The translations under genes and the position numbers were made by a program. The notes under the pieces are model-generated. The model had not been told where the DNA came from. It worked only from the letters and a program-made list of their open reading frames with translations, and made no database searches. This document shows positions 40,517-51,686 of a stretch of DNA of 64,000 nucleotides, one piece after another. The stretch lies in NCBI GenBank assembly GCA_035758565.1, contig DASTXL010000001.1, positions 11,242-75,241 of the forward strand, written 5' to 3'. Within the stretch, counting starts at the first letter, position 1; the number at the start of each line of letters is the position of its first letter. The stretch comes from Candidatus Saccharimonadales bacterium (lineage in GTDB: Bacteria > Patescibacteriota > Saccharimonadia > Saccharimonadales > UBA10212).

Positions 40517-42145
40517 TTAACTTCTAGGTAGGTGCTCGTGATTGCGCACCGAATAGTCGCTGCGCATTATGGCGCGTACTTGTTCTGTATTGGCGGTTTT
40601 TACACCAGGGTTAAGCAAATTGTGCGGATCAAAGATGCGCTTAGTGGTCAGAATCAGCTTGTACATGTCGTCGCCCAAAGCGGCTCGTAAATAAGGCGCG
40701 CGAACACGGCCATCGCCGGCCCCAGCGCTGATACTGCCACCGGCCTTAAGAGCTGCCGCATACAAAGTGTCTTGAATTTTAAATAGTTTCTGGCGGTCGC
40801 CAACTTGGGCGAGATCCAAAATTGGGTGCATGCGCACAATACCGCTACCGGCTTGTCCCCATATGGCTGCCGGTTGGTCGGCTTGAACGTAAACTTTTTC
40901 TGCTGCGCGCATAAAGTCAACCAAGCGGTCGATCGGTACGGCAATATCTTCAGCCACCGGCACGGCGCGCCGGGGCCCATAAACGTGATTAACTAGCGAC
41001 GACACACTGTGTCGAACTTTCCAGATAGACTGTTGCTCTTCTGGCGTGTCGGCAACTTTGCAATAACCACCATATTTATCGACCAGCTTTATTAGATTCT
41101 TGGCATCTTTCTTTTGCTGGCCGTCGCGGTGCTCGTCGAACTCAATGAACAAGTGAATAGCGGCGCTAGTTAGACCGAGGGCGTTATGCAGTTGGCTTGG
41201 ATTTATTTTGCTAACCTGCTCTAAGGCCTGCTTATTAACCATATCAAGCAGGCTGGGTTTGAGGTTCAAAATCTCTGGCAGCATGTCGGCAAAATCGTTC
41301 AAATTATTTAGGCTGACCATGGCAAGAGTAGTGGTCGGCGTGTGACTGACAACCTTTAGACTTGCCTCTGTAATAATGCCCAAAGAGCCTTGCGAACCGA
41401 CAAACAGAGGAGTTAAATTGAAGCCGTCTTTAGTTTTTACCTTGTCGAGGTTGTAGCCGGCAGAAACATATTGAGTTTGCTTTTGGCTGGCATAGTTGCT
41501 TATGGGGCTGGCGTTTTCTTCGAGCAATTTGTCCAGCGCCCGGTAGACTTCGCCTTCAAAATTCGATTGGCCCATTTTGCGGTTAAGTTCGCGCTTACTT
41601 AACGGGCCAGTTTCGATAATTTCGCCGTTGGCTAAAACCACGCGCAGGTTTTGGACGAAGCGCAAAGTATCGCCGTATTTAACCGATTTTTCGCCAACGG
41701 CGTTGTTGGCGATGCCGCCGCCGAGTGTAGCATAAGACGCAGAGGCAGGGTAGACGGGCAGAAACAACCCGTGCGTGTAAAGAGTTTGCTGCAGCTTGTC
41801 GTAGCTAACCCCCGGTTCAACAGTGACGAACTCTTTTTTGGGATCAAGCGCTAAGATGCGGTTCATGTGAGCGGTCATCGCTAGCAAAATGCCGCCGCCG
41901 ATGGCCGCGCCAGAGGTGTCGCTGCCGCCGCCGCGAGCAGTTATGGGCAGGCCGCGCTCGCGCTCGGCCAGCTGCCAAGAAAATCGAGCGGTTTTGCGCA
42001 CGTCATCTTCTGTGCGCGGGTAAACCACCATAGCCGGCGCCATTCTAAGTATACTGGCATCATAGGCAAAATGCCGCCGCGCCTCGGGGCTAACAGTGAC
42101 CTCCCCCGTCAAATGTTCCTGTAAATATTGAGCAACCTTACTCAT
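40517..42145 (-). CDS. FAD-linked oxidase (GlcD / D-lactate dehydrogenase family)
   Basis: FAD_binding_4-type N-domain (VVYPRTEDDVRKT..., RGGGSDTSGAAIGGGILL) and a C-terminal FAD-oxidase_C region. The start is set at ATG 42145 (MSKVAQYLQEHL). Confidence 0.8.
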   Translation of the reverse strand: MSKVAQYLQEHLTGEVTVSPEARRHFAYDASILRMAPAMVVYPRTEDDVRKTARFSWQLAERERGLPITARGGGSDTSGAAIGGGILLAMTAHMNRILALDPKKEFVTVEPGVSYDKLQQTLYTHGLFLPVYPASASYATLGGGIANNAVGEKSVKYGDTLRFVQNLRVVLANGEIIETGPLSKRELNRKMGQSNFEGEVYRALDKLLEENASPISNYASQKQTQYVSAGYNLDKVKTKDGFNLTPLFVGSQGSLGIITEASLKVVSHTPTTTLAMVSLNNLNDFADMLPEILNLKPSLLDMVNKQALEQVSKINPSQLHNALGLTSAAIHLFIEFDEHRDGQQKKDAKNLIKLVDKYGGYCKVADTPEEQQSIWKVRHSVSSLVNHVYGPRRAVPVAEDIAVPIDRLVDFMRAAEKVYVQADQPAAIWGQAGSGIVRMHPILDLAQVGDRQKLFKIQDTLYAAALKAGGSISAGAGDGRVRAPYLRAALGDDMYKLILTTKRIFDPHNLLNPGVKTANTEQVRAIMRSDYSVRNHEHLPRS

Positions 42146-42271
42146 ACCGATTAGTAAGTATAATAGCACGCTACCCTTGTCAGCGACCGGTTGGCTCACG
42201 TACAATTGGTCTAGCCAAAAGTCGAAGCTCTTGCCGAAAGGGGCAGAACGAGACGGCGTAAACTCCGGCGA

Positions 42272-42358
42272 GGGGATGTGGTGAAATTGGTATACACGCT
42301 ACGTTCAGGACGTAGTGGGCTTACGCCCGTGAAGGTTCAAGTCCTTTCATCCCCACCA
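42272..42358 (+). tRNA. tRNA-Leu (CAG), class II
   Basis: Acceptor GGGGATG/CATCCCC, anticodon loop TTCAGGA, long variable arm, T-loop TTCAAGT, encoded CCA. A TAAACT hexamer ends 7 nt before the mature 5' end. Confidence 0.9.
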
Positions 42359-42362
42359 TGAA

Positions 42363-42397
42363 AATATGACTATCTTTGATGGTCATATTCTTATTTT
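42363..42397 (+). terminator. Terminator hairpin after tRNA-Leu(CAG)
   Basis: AATATGAC (11-nt loop) GTCATATT followed by CTTATTTT. Confidence 0.5.
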
Positions 42398-42422
42398 GAG
42401 GACAGCTTGAACCTTCCCACAT

Positions 42423-42450
42423 AAAAAGACCAGCAAAGCTGGGCTTTTTT
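42423..42450. terminator. Bidirectional terminator (A-run, CCAGC aaa GCTGG, T-run)
   Basis: AAAAAGACCAGCAAAGCTGGGCTTTTTT sits directly after the stop of the minus-strand carboxypeptidase gene. Confidence 0.6.
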
Positions 42451-42454
42451 ATTT

Positions 42455-43645
42455 TCAAAAATGTGTCAGGCGCCAGGTTATCGGCGGTTTCGGTACGTCT
42501 GTTTTTAGAATAACGCCGCTTGAAGCGGTGGTTGTGCCGCTAGATAATTGAACAGTGCCCACATTCTGACCTTTTGTAGCCGGCGTTTTGATAGGTTTAA
42601 TATTTTCTTTAACACTCGGGGTCTTATCTTTCCAGACCAGCATTTTTACGTCTTTGGTGGCGATCGCTTGATAGGTTTTGCCCCACTTGGTTTTATATGT
42701 AGCTACTACTTGTCCGGCCTTGACCGGTTCGACTAGCGTAAAGTTAGCATCAACATTTTTGATAATTGTTTGGCTATCTGATAATGCGCTCGATAGGTCC
42801 GGATCACCAACCACGGCACCAATAATTGTTTTGGTTTGGCCGTCTATGGTGTGTTTGGCGGCAAACATAAAACAGCCGCCGGCTTGGTCGGTGTTGCCGG
42901 TTTTAATGCCAACAATTCCGTCGCTGCCCAAAATGCTGTCCGAAACATTATAGATAGTGCCAAAAGCCGGTGAGTCAGCCACTCGCTGGCTGACAAGGTC
43001 GGCTATAACCGGATTGCCCATAGCTGCATAAGCGAGTTTGAACAAGTCGCTGGCTGTAGAAACGGTTTGTGGCGAAAACCCGCTAGCGTCAGAAACGGTG
43101 GTGCCGGTCATGCCCAAACTTTTTACGTAGCTATTGGCGTAGGTAGTGTAGGTGCTAATTGAGCCAAACTGCCAGATTGCTAAAGAATCGGCGATATTAT
43201 TGGCGCTCGGCAGCATCATGGCCTGCAAGGCCTGGTATTCGGTTATTTGCTGGCCGGCAGTTACTGGTACCAGCGAGCCGTCTTCGGCGGCATATTTTTG
43301 ATAAATAGCCACGTCATTGTCTGTCAAAGTTATAGTCGGGCCTTGCTCGCCAGATTTTAAAGGACTTTTTTGCAAGACGCTCAGGGCCGTAATTACTTTG
43401 GCGATGCTGGCGATCGGTGCCGGAGTCTGCTGGCCATGAATGGCGAGCAGACCGTCTTCTGTTGTGCCCAAAGCCATTTGGCCACTGGGCCAGGGCAGGC
43501 TTGCGGCAGCAGGCTTGGGTGTATCCAAGCTAGCCAGACTGGCGCTTGTTTGCGCAAACGGCCGGGTCAGATTAAAAACTTCAATAACAATGATAATTAT
43601 CAGCGCTAAGGCGATAGTGTACCGGAGCAACTTTTGTTTAGTCAT
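42455..43645 (-). CDS. D-alanyl-D-alanine carboxypeptidase (S11, PBP5/6-like)
   Basis: SxxK (ASIAKV), SxN (PSANN) and KTG (IKTGNT) motifs in the correct order. N-terminal TM/signal anchor. Confidence 0.85.
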   Translation of the reverse strand: MTKQKLLRYTIALALIIIIVIEVFNLTRPFAQTSASLASLDTPKPAAASLPWPSGQMALGTTEDGLLAIHGQQTPAPIASIAKVITALSVLQKSPLKSGEQGPTITLTDNDVAIYQKYAAEDGSLVPVTAGQQITEYQALQAMMLPSANNIADSLAIWQFGSISTYTTYANSYVKSLGMTGTTVSDASGFSPQTVSTASDLFKLAYAAMGNPVIADLVSQRVADSPAFGTIYNVSDSILGSDGIVGIKTGNTDQAGGCFMFAAKHTIDGQTKTIIGAVVGDPDLSSALSDSQTIIKNVDANFTLVEPVKAGQVVATYKTKWGKTYQAIATKDVKMLVWKDKTPSVKENIKPIKTPATKGQNVGTVQLSSGTTTASSGVILKTDVPKPPITWRLTHF

Positions 43646-43694
43646 TACTTACTAGAATACACTCTAAGCTTAAAGCTCGCTTTAAGCTTAGAAC

Positions 43695-43703
43695 TGCTAT
43701 AAT
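43695..43703 (+). promoter_or_regulatory. Extended -10 promoter TGcTATAAT upstream of lemA (this gene has an SD: AAGGAG)
   Basis: TGCTATAAT at 43695-43703, AAGGAG at 43712-17, ATG at 43723. Confidence 0.5.
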
Positions 43704-43722
43704 TAAGGTGTAAGGAGTAGAA

Positions 43723-44295
43723 ATGGTAGCAGTAATTATAGTTCTGGTCGTCATCGCCGTAATTCTTATAAGTATCGGTGTGCTATATAACGGCTTGGTC
43801 CGTTCCAAAGTTCGTGTTGATGAAGCCTGGAGCGATATAGAAGTTCAGCTTAAGCGGCGCTATGATCTTATTCCTAATCTAGTTAATACCGTGAAGGGTT
43901 ACGCCACTCACGAAAAGTCAGTTTTTGAAAACGTATCCAAAGCTCGGACTCAAGCTCTAAGTGCAAAGACTGTTGGCGAAGCCGCCAAGGCCGATAATCA
44001 ATTCCAGCAAGCTATGAAGAGCTTGTTTGCCGTAGCCGAGGCCTATCCGCAATTGCGCGCCAGCGAAAACTTTCAGCAGTTGCAAGAAGAAGTTACCGAT
44101 ACAGAAGACAAAATTCAGGCGTCCCGACGCTTTTATAATGGCGCGGTCCGAGACTTTAATATAAAGATTAAGGTTTTTCCAACTAACATGTTTGCCCGGC
44201 ACCTTGGCTTTAGTCAGCCGCGCGAATTCTTTGATGTTGACGCTGACCAGCAGGATGAAATTAAAGAGCCTGTCAAAGTAGACTTTTCTAAATAG
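43723..44295 (+). CDS. lemA: LemA family protein
   Basis: N-terminal TM helix, then YNGLVRSKVRVDEAWSDIEVQLKRRYDLIPNLV, a canonical LemA motif. Confidence 0.88.
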   Translation: MVAVIIVLVVIAVILISIGVLYNGLVRSKVRVDEAWSDIEVQLKRRYDLIPNLVNTVKGYATHEKSVFENVSKARTQALSAKTVGEAAKADNQFQQAMKSLFAVAEAYPQLRASENFQQLQEEVTDTEDKIQASRRFYNGAVRDFNIKIKVFPTNMFARHLGFSQPREFFDVDADQQDEIKEPVKVDFSK

Positions 44296-44307
44296 GGTGT
44301 AGTCGTA

Positions 44308-45180
44308 ATGTACGAGCAAATTAGCAGTAACAAGCGCCGCACAGTTTTTCTGATGTTCTTCTTTTTGGTGCTCCTTTGGGCAATTGCTTTTGCGATCAGC
44401 AAAGCCACCGGCCAGCCGGGGTTGTTGTTTACCGTCGGCCTTTTTAGTCTAATTTACGCGGGCTTTAGTTATTTTTTTGGAGCCAAAATGGCCCTGGCCG
44501 TGAATGGCGCCAAAGAAATTACTAAAAAAGATGATCCGCGCTTATGGCGAACAGTTGAGAACTTGGCAATCACCGACGGTTTGCCAATGCCGCGAGTTTA
44601 TATAATGAACGATCCATCACCTAACGCTTTTGCTACTGGCCGCGACCCGAATCATTCGGTGGTTTGTGCTACCACTGGCCTGCTGCAAGTCATGAACGAC
44701 ACCGAGCTAGAAGGAGTTATAGCTCACGAGCTTGGCCATGTTAAAAATTATGATATTAGAGTTAATACGCTAGCTTTTGCGCTGGCTGGCATCATCAGCA
44801 TGATTGCCGATTTCTTTTTGCGATTCACCTTTTGGGGAGGCGATAGGCAAGAACGCGAGAACAACCAGCTGGCCTTTATTATCGCCATCGTGGCCGCTAT
44901 TTTAGCGCCAATTGCCGCCATGCTTTTGCAGTTAGCCATTAGCCGCCGCCGCGAATATTTAGCCGATGCCACCGGCGCGCTGACTACCCGATATCCGGAA
45001 GGCCTGGCCAGCGCTTTGGAAAAAATAGAAAAAACGGGCAGTGTTTTGCGCAAACAAAATACTTCTACGGCTCACATGTTCTTTGCTAACCCGCTTAAAG
45101 GCCACAGTGTTGCCGGGCTTTTCAGCACTCATCCGCCGATTGAAGAGCGTATACGAGTCCTGCGCGAAATGGAGCTCTAA
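44308..45180 (+). CDS. htpX: Zinc metalloprotease HtpX (M48)
   Basis: HELGHVKNYD zinc motif, four TM helices, and C-terminal FSTHPPIEERI. Confidence 0.9.
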   Translation: MYEQISSNKRRTVFLMFFFLVLLWAIAFAISKATGQPGLLFTVGLFSLIYAGFSYFFGAKMALAVNGAKEITKKDDPRLWRTVENLAITDGLPMPRVYIMNDPSPNAFATGRDPNHSVVCATTGLLQVMNDTELEGVIAHELGHVKNYDIRVNTLAFALAGIISMIADFFLRFTFWGGDRQERENNQLAFIIAIVAAILAPIAAMLLQLAISRRREYLADATGALTTRYPEGLASALEKIEKTGSVLRKQNTSTAHMFFANPLKGHSVAGLFSTHPPIEERIRVLREMEL

Positions 45181-45205
45181 GCGCGCTATTTACCTCTGTT
45201 TGGGG

Positions 45206-45211
45206 TATAAT
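45206..45211 (+). promoter_or_regulatory. -10 box TATAAT, 7 nt upstream of ATG 45219
   Basis: TATAAT at 45206-45211 and ATG at 45219. Confidence 0.45.
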
Positions 45212-45218
45212 ATTAGTA

Positions 45219-48201
<2,983 letters not shown>

Positions 48202-48202
<1 letters not shown>

Positions 48203-48759
48203 TGGCAGATGTAACTTTTATAACCGGCAATGCTAAAAAGGCAGAATTCATGGCCAAATACTTAGATCATCCAATTGACCATCAAAAGTTGGATTTGGAT
48301 GAATTGCAATCATTAAATTCCAGAGAAATTGTGGAACACAAAGTTCGGCAAGCCTACGAGAAGATAGGAAAACCAGTCTTGGTTGAAGACATTAGCTTTA
48401 CTATGGATTGCCTTGGTGGCAAATTGCCGGGCCCGTTCATTAAGTGGTTTATAGAAACTATGGGATTTGAAGAAATCTGCAGATTGTGCGATGGCACTGG
48501 TCAGCGTGGGGCGACAACCTCTGTATGCTTCGCTTATTTTGACGGCGAGCGTCTAGAGTTTTTCGAAGGCTCATTGCGCGGTAGCATTCCCGATCACCCT
48601 CGCGGTGATGATGGTTTTGGCTTTAACGGGATTTTTATACCAGAGGGGCAAGATAAGACCAATGCCGAAATGAACGAAGAAGAAACCGCCAAATACAGTC
48701 TGCGCACAAGCACGGTCTACCCACAGATCAAAAAATTCCTGAGCGAAGTTGATAAATAA
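48202..48759 (+). CDS. rdgB: Non-canonical purine NTP pyrophosphatase (HAM1/ITPase family)
   Basis: VTFITGNAKKAEF... and VEDISF. 185 aa. ATAATG overlap with the ligA stop. Confidence 0.75.
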
Positions 48760-48810
48760 GTTAATTCTTAAGCCAAAATTTTAAAGCGGGTAGCTACTCA
48801 CCGTTTGAGA

Positions 48811-48891
48811 TTTTGGGAGGAGAAGCTTAGCACTAGGTTGAAGCTTTTGCCGGTTATCAGCAAAACAAAACTTCTGCGTAAGCTTCGACGA
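48811..48891 (+). repeat. tRNA-upstream module U, copy 2 (homologous to 28638..28713)
   Basis: See copy 1. It also contains three AAGCTT sites and the GCTTTTGCC...GCAAAAC hairpin. Confidence 0.6.
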
Positions 48892-48918
48892 GGGGACATA
48901 GCTCAGTTGGCTAGAGCT
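48892..48918 (+). pseudogene. tRNA 5' fragment (acceptor 5' strand and D-arm only), Ala-like
   Basis: GGGGACATAGCTCAGTTGGCTAGAGCT nearly matches the first 27 nt of tRNA-Ala(GGC) at 50265. There is no anticodon arm, T arm or 3' acceptor strand. It is followed by the palindrome TACTATAGTA. Confidence 0.7.
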
Positions 48919-48942
48919 ACTATAGTAAAATGTGGAGCGTAT

Positions 48943-49018
48943 GGGGCGTTAGCTTAGCTGGTAAAGCGCCTGTGTCGCACACAGGAGACCATCGGTTCGA
49001 ATCCGATACGCTCCACCA
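48943..49018 (+). tRNA. tRNA-Ala (CGC)
   Basis: Acceptor GGGGCGT/ACGCTCC with the G3:U70 Ala identity pair, anticodon loop GTCGCAC, T-loop TTCGAAT, encoded CCA. Confidence 0.88.
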
Positions 49019-49024
49019 CGTCAG

Positions 49025-49157
49025 AATTCGCTTCGACCAAACGACAAAAAAGCGCAAACAAGTGGCGCTTTTTTCATTTGGTCTTCGCAGCTCTTCCTTT
49101 TCCCCACAAATTCAAAATTTGCGGGGACCCCATAAGCTCGCGGGTTATAATATTTCT
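49025..49157 (+). repeat. tRNA-downstream module D, copy B (two hairpins and a promoter block)
   Basis: GACCAAACGACAAAAAAGCGC aaacaagtg GCGCTTTTTTCATTTGGTC, then TTTTCCCCACAAAT..ATTTGCGGGGACCCC, then AAGCTCGCGGGTTATAAT (-10 at 49146-51). Confidence 0.75.
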
Positions 49158-49502
49158 ATGATTGCTATCAAACGAGTTTACGAAGTAAAAAGCAAAGACG
49201 ACGGGTATCGTGTGCTGGTAGATCGGCTATGGCCGCGGGGCGTTAGTAAAGAAAAAGCGGCTTTGGATCTATGGATGAAAGACGTCGCGCCTAGTGATGG
49301 TTTACGCAAATGGTTCAACCACGACCCGGCCAAATGGGAAGAATTCGAAAAAAGGTATAAAGAAGAGTTAAAAAATAATGACGATTTGCTCGAGCAACTC
49401 AAAAATTTGGAAAAAGAACACAAGAAATTAACCTTGCTTTACAGCGCGCACGACGAGGAGCATAACCAGGCGATTGTCCTAGCCGATGTGCTTAAATCTT
49501 AA
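49158..49502 (+). CDS. DUF488 family protein (YeaO-like)
   Basis: IKRVYE...GYRVLVDRLWPRGVSKEKAALDLWMKDVAPS..LRKWFNHDP. ATG lies 6 nt after TATAAT. The longer listed ORF (from 48930) runs through tRNA-Ala. Confidence 0.8.
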   Translation: MIAIKRVYEVKSKDDGYRVLVDRLWPRGVSKEKAALDLWMKDVAPSDGLRKWFNHDPAKWEEFEKRYKEELKNNDDLLEQLKNLEKEHKKLTLLYSAHDEEHNQAIVLADVLKS

Positions 49503-50190
49503 AGAAATTAGCTAAATAATTCAGCTCTTCCTGGTAGCGCTCCAGATTTATAGAACCCAGACTTTCCAGAATGATTGGCTTCGAGCGGTCTTTGATAAGA
49601 TTTATAACTTGATCTTGCTTGGTGTCAGCTAGCAAAGTGTGCGGCAAGTTAGTACCGCCAAAGCCGCTCAAATGATATTGCCGCAGTCTTGGCGCGAAAG
49701 CTTCATAAAGTTCATCGCCCAGCTTTAACGACGGGTCGTTGGTCAAAACATGGTTAACATCAAATGTCCAGCCAGCGTTTGGCAGCTCGTCAAACACTTT
49801 CTTTAGGTCTTTTGGGGATTGCCCAAAATCTTTTTGCCAGTCCATATTCTCAGCGCAGATTTGCTCCCCAAACTCATCGGCCAGCCATCGAAAGTCAGTA
49901 TTTTTTGGATGAAACGTAAGATTCTGCGCGTTAATTTCATCTATTAATTTATGCAAGGCTTTGTTCAGCTCAGCGTCATTATCGGCTTCTTTTAAATAAG
50001 GAAGATGAATGGTCCGGTATTCAAATTGATTTATGATGTCTAGGTGTTTCGGCCACTCTTCTATGATTCGCGGAACTATCTGGAGCTGGATTGCTCTGCA
50101 GCCAGCCTCTAACATTCCATTTAGTAGGGCTGGAGCATCCGGCCTTTTTAGCCCAGCCATGCTCACAGAAAAACCAAAGTTCAAATTCAC
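49492..50190 (-). CDS. TIM-barrel protein (xylose isomerase-like / AP endonuclease 2 family?)
   Basis: 232 aa. The alternating beta/alpha pattern and HLP...H...E..D signature are weakly reminiscent of sugar phosphate isomerase/epimerase folds. Low-confidence function. Confidence 0.35.
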   Translation of the reverse strand: MNLNFGFSVSMAGLKRPDAPALLNGMLEAGCRAIQLQIVPRIIEEWPKHLDIINQFEYRTIHLPYLKEADNDAELNKALHKLIDEINAQNLTFHPKNTDFRWLADEFGEQICAENMDWQKDFGQSPKDLKKVFDELPNAGWTFDVNHVLTNDPSLKLGDELYEAFAPRLRQYHLSGFGGTNLPHTLLADTKQDQVINLIKDRSKPIILESLGSINLERYQEELNYLANFFKI

Positions 50191-50241
50191 AAGCTAATTA
50201 TACAGTAGGGTTTAATGCTAGATTTACAGATATAAATTGGT

Positions 50242-50247
50242 TATAAT
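50242..50247 (+). promoter_or_regulatory. -10 box TATAAT upstream of tRNA-Ala(GGC)
   Basis: GGTTATAAT ends at 50247 and the tRNA 5' end is at 50265. Confidence 0.45.
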
Positions 50248-50264
50248 AGGCGGGTTCAAAGCGA

Positions 50265-50341
<77 letters not shown>

Positions 50342-50357
50342 TTTTTAAAAGGAAATT

Positions 50358-50615
50358 ATGAGAGAAATACTGGCTGATTTTGACGTAAACGCCGATGGTT
50401 CTGGTTATACATATGGCGGCGAACTTGCAGACGGCTCTGTGCAGTCCGAAGCGCTGGCTCAAAGACCCAGGCTTGAAGAGCGCGTTTTTGCCGTTCCTTT
50501 TTTACCCGTAAGATTAGGTGAGCCAATATTGCCGGCCAAGAGAAATTCGTCCCTAGAGATTTACGATGGTGACAAGGGCCAGTCAGAGCACAACTTTATA
50601 GGTCGAGTCGACTAA
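50358..50615 (+). CDS. Hypothetical small protein
   Basis: AAGGA SD upstream. 85 aa, no recognisable motif. Confidence 0.4.
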   Translation: MREILADFDVNADGSGYTYGGELADGSVQSEALAQRPRLEERVFAVPFLPVRLGEPILPAKRNSSLEIYDGDKGQSEHNFIGRVD

Positions 50616-50653
50616 CTCGTCCTATTTTTAAAGCGCGCGGTAAAATAACCTTA

Positions 50654-50857
50654 ATGTTTTATAAAATTATTTTTGTTTTGTTAGCTGCGTTCTGCTTTTT
50701 GCATATATATCGTGATTATCTCCAGATTAAATACGGCTATAACTCTTGGTTTACTAAATTAGGCCACGTCTGGGATAGGCCGCAATATGAAAAGCACGGC
50801 ATGGTCATATTCTTTCTACTGGGTTGTTTATTTAGCTTTTTGGCGGTGCATTTATGA
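50654..50857 (+). CDS. Small 2-TM membrane protein
   Basis: 67 aa with two hydrophobic helices. The stop overlaps the start of the pseudouridine synthase gene (ATGA). Confidence 0.45.
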   Translation: MFYKIIFVLLAAFCFLHIYRDYLQIKYGYNSWFTKLGHVWDRPQYEKHGMVIFFLLGCLFSFLAVHL

Positions 50858-51555
50858 GGCTAAACGCATATTTAGCTCGAGCGGGCGTGGCTAGCCGAAG
50901 AGGTGCAGACCGGCTTATCAAGGCTGGGCGCGTTAAAGTTAATGGTCGACTTGGCCAATTAAACTCTGAAATCTCAGATAACGATCAAGTCGAACTCGAT
51001 GGTAAAGAGATAAGCCTACAAGAGCTCCGCTATATTTTATTAAACAAGCCAGTTGGCTATGTTACGACTCTAAAAGATGAAAAGAGTCGTCGAAAAGTAA
51101 CAAACTTAATAGATATTTCCGAACGCGTGGTTCCGGTGGGGAGGCTAGATTACAACACCAGCGGAGCACTGCTTTTAACTAATGACGGGGGGCTGGCTCA
51201 CAAGCTAATGCATCCGAGCCATGAGATAGATAAGGTTTACGAAGCTAAAGTCGAGGGAACGATAACCCAAGAAAAACTTAACAAGTTAAGTGATGGTATT
51301 GAATTGGAAGACGGTGTCACGGCGCCAGCTAGAACGCAAAAACTGTCCGATAATAAAATTGAACTTATTATTCACGAAGGCCGCAACCATCAGGTTCGGC
51401 GCATGCTGGCAGCCGTGGATTTATGTGTCAAAAAGCTGCACCGCAGCCAATACGGGCCCTTGACCCTTGGAGGCTTAAAGCCAGGACAGTGGCGATACCT
51501 TACGCCGAATGAAGTCTTAGAGCTTAAGAATTTTGACAAAATCGCAACTCCTTAG
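50854..51555 (+). CDS. rRNA pseudouridine synthase (RsuA/RluB family) with S4 domain
   Basis: S4 domain RLNAYLARAGVASRRGADRLI. Catalytic GRLDYNTSGALLLTNDG. HQVRRML. Confidence 0.88.
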   Translation: MRLNAYLARAGVASRRGADRLIKAGRVKVNGRLGQLNSEISDNDQVELDGKEISLQELRYILLNKPVGYVTTLKDEKSRRKVTNLIDISERVVPVGRLDYNTSGALLLTNDGGLAHKLMHPSHEIDKVYEAKVEGTITQEKLNKLSDGIELEDGVTAPARTQKLSDNKIELIIHEGRNHQVRRMLAAVDLCVKKLHRSQYGPLTLGGLKPGQWRYLTPNEVLELKNFDKIATP

Positions 51556-51686
51556 CACGGTCTTGCTAAGAAGTTGGTTTTATGATTTAATAGTAACGCT
51601 CTAGTGTAGGTTAAGCAGAATACGGTTTGGGCGATCTGGAGTGCCTTGTATTCCTGTGGAAACAGAAATCGACCAAGGAGGATGTG

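Noticed and set aside
48930-49157. N-terminal 76 codons of the listed 190-aa ORF 48930..49502
   Set aside because: This part runs straight through tRNA-Ala(CGC) and the downstream hairpin module. The DUF488 homology begins at ATG 49158, which sits 6 nt after a TATAAT box.
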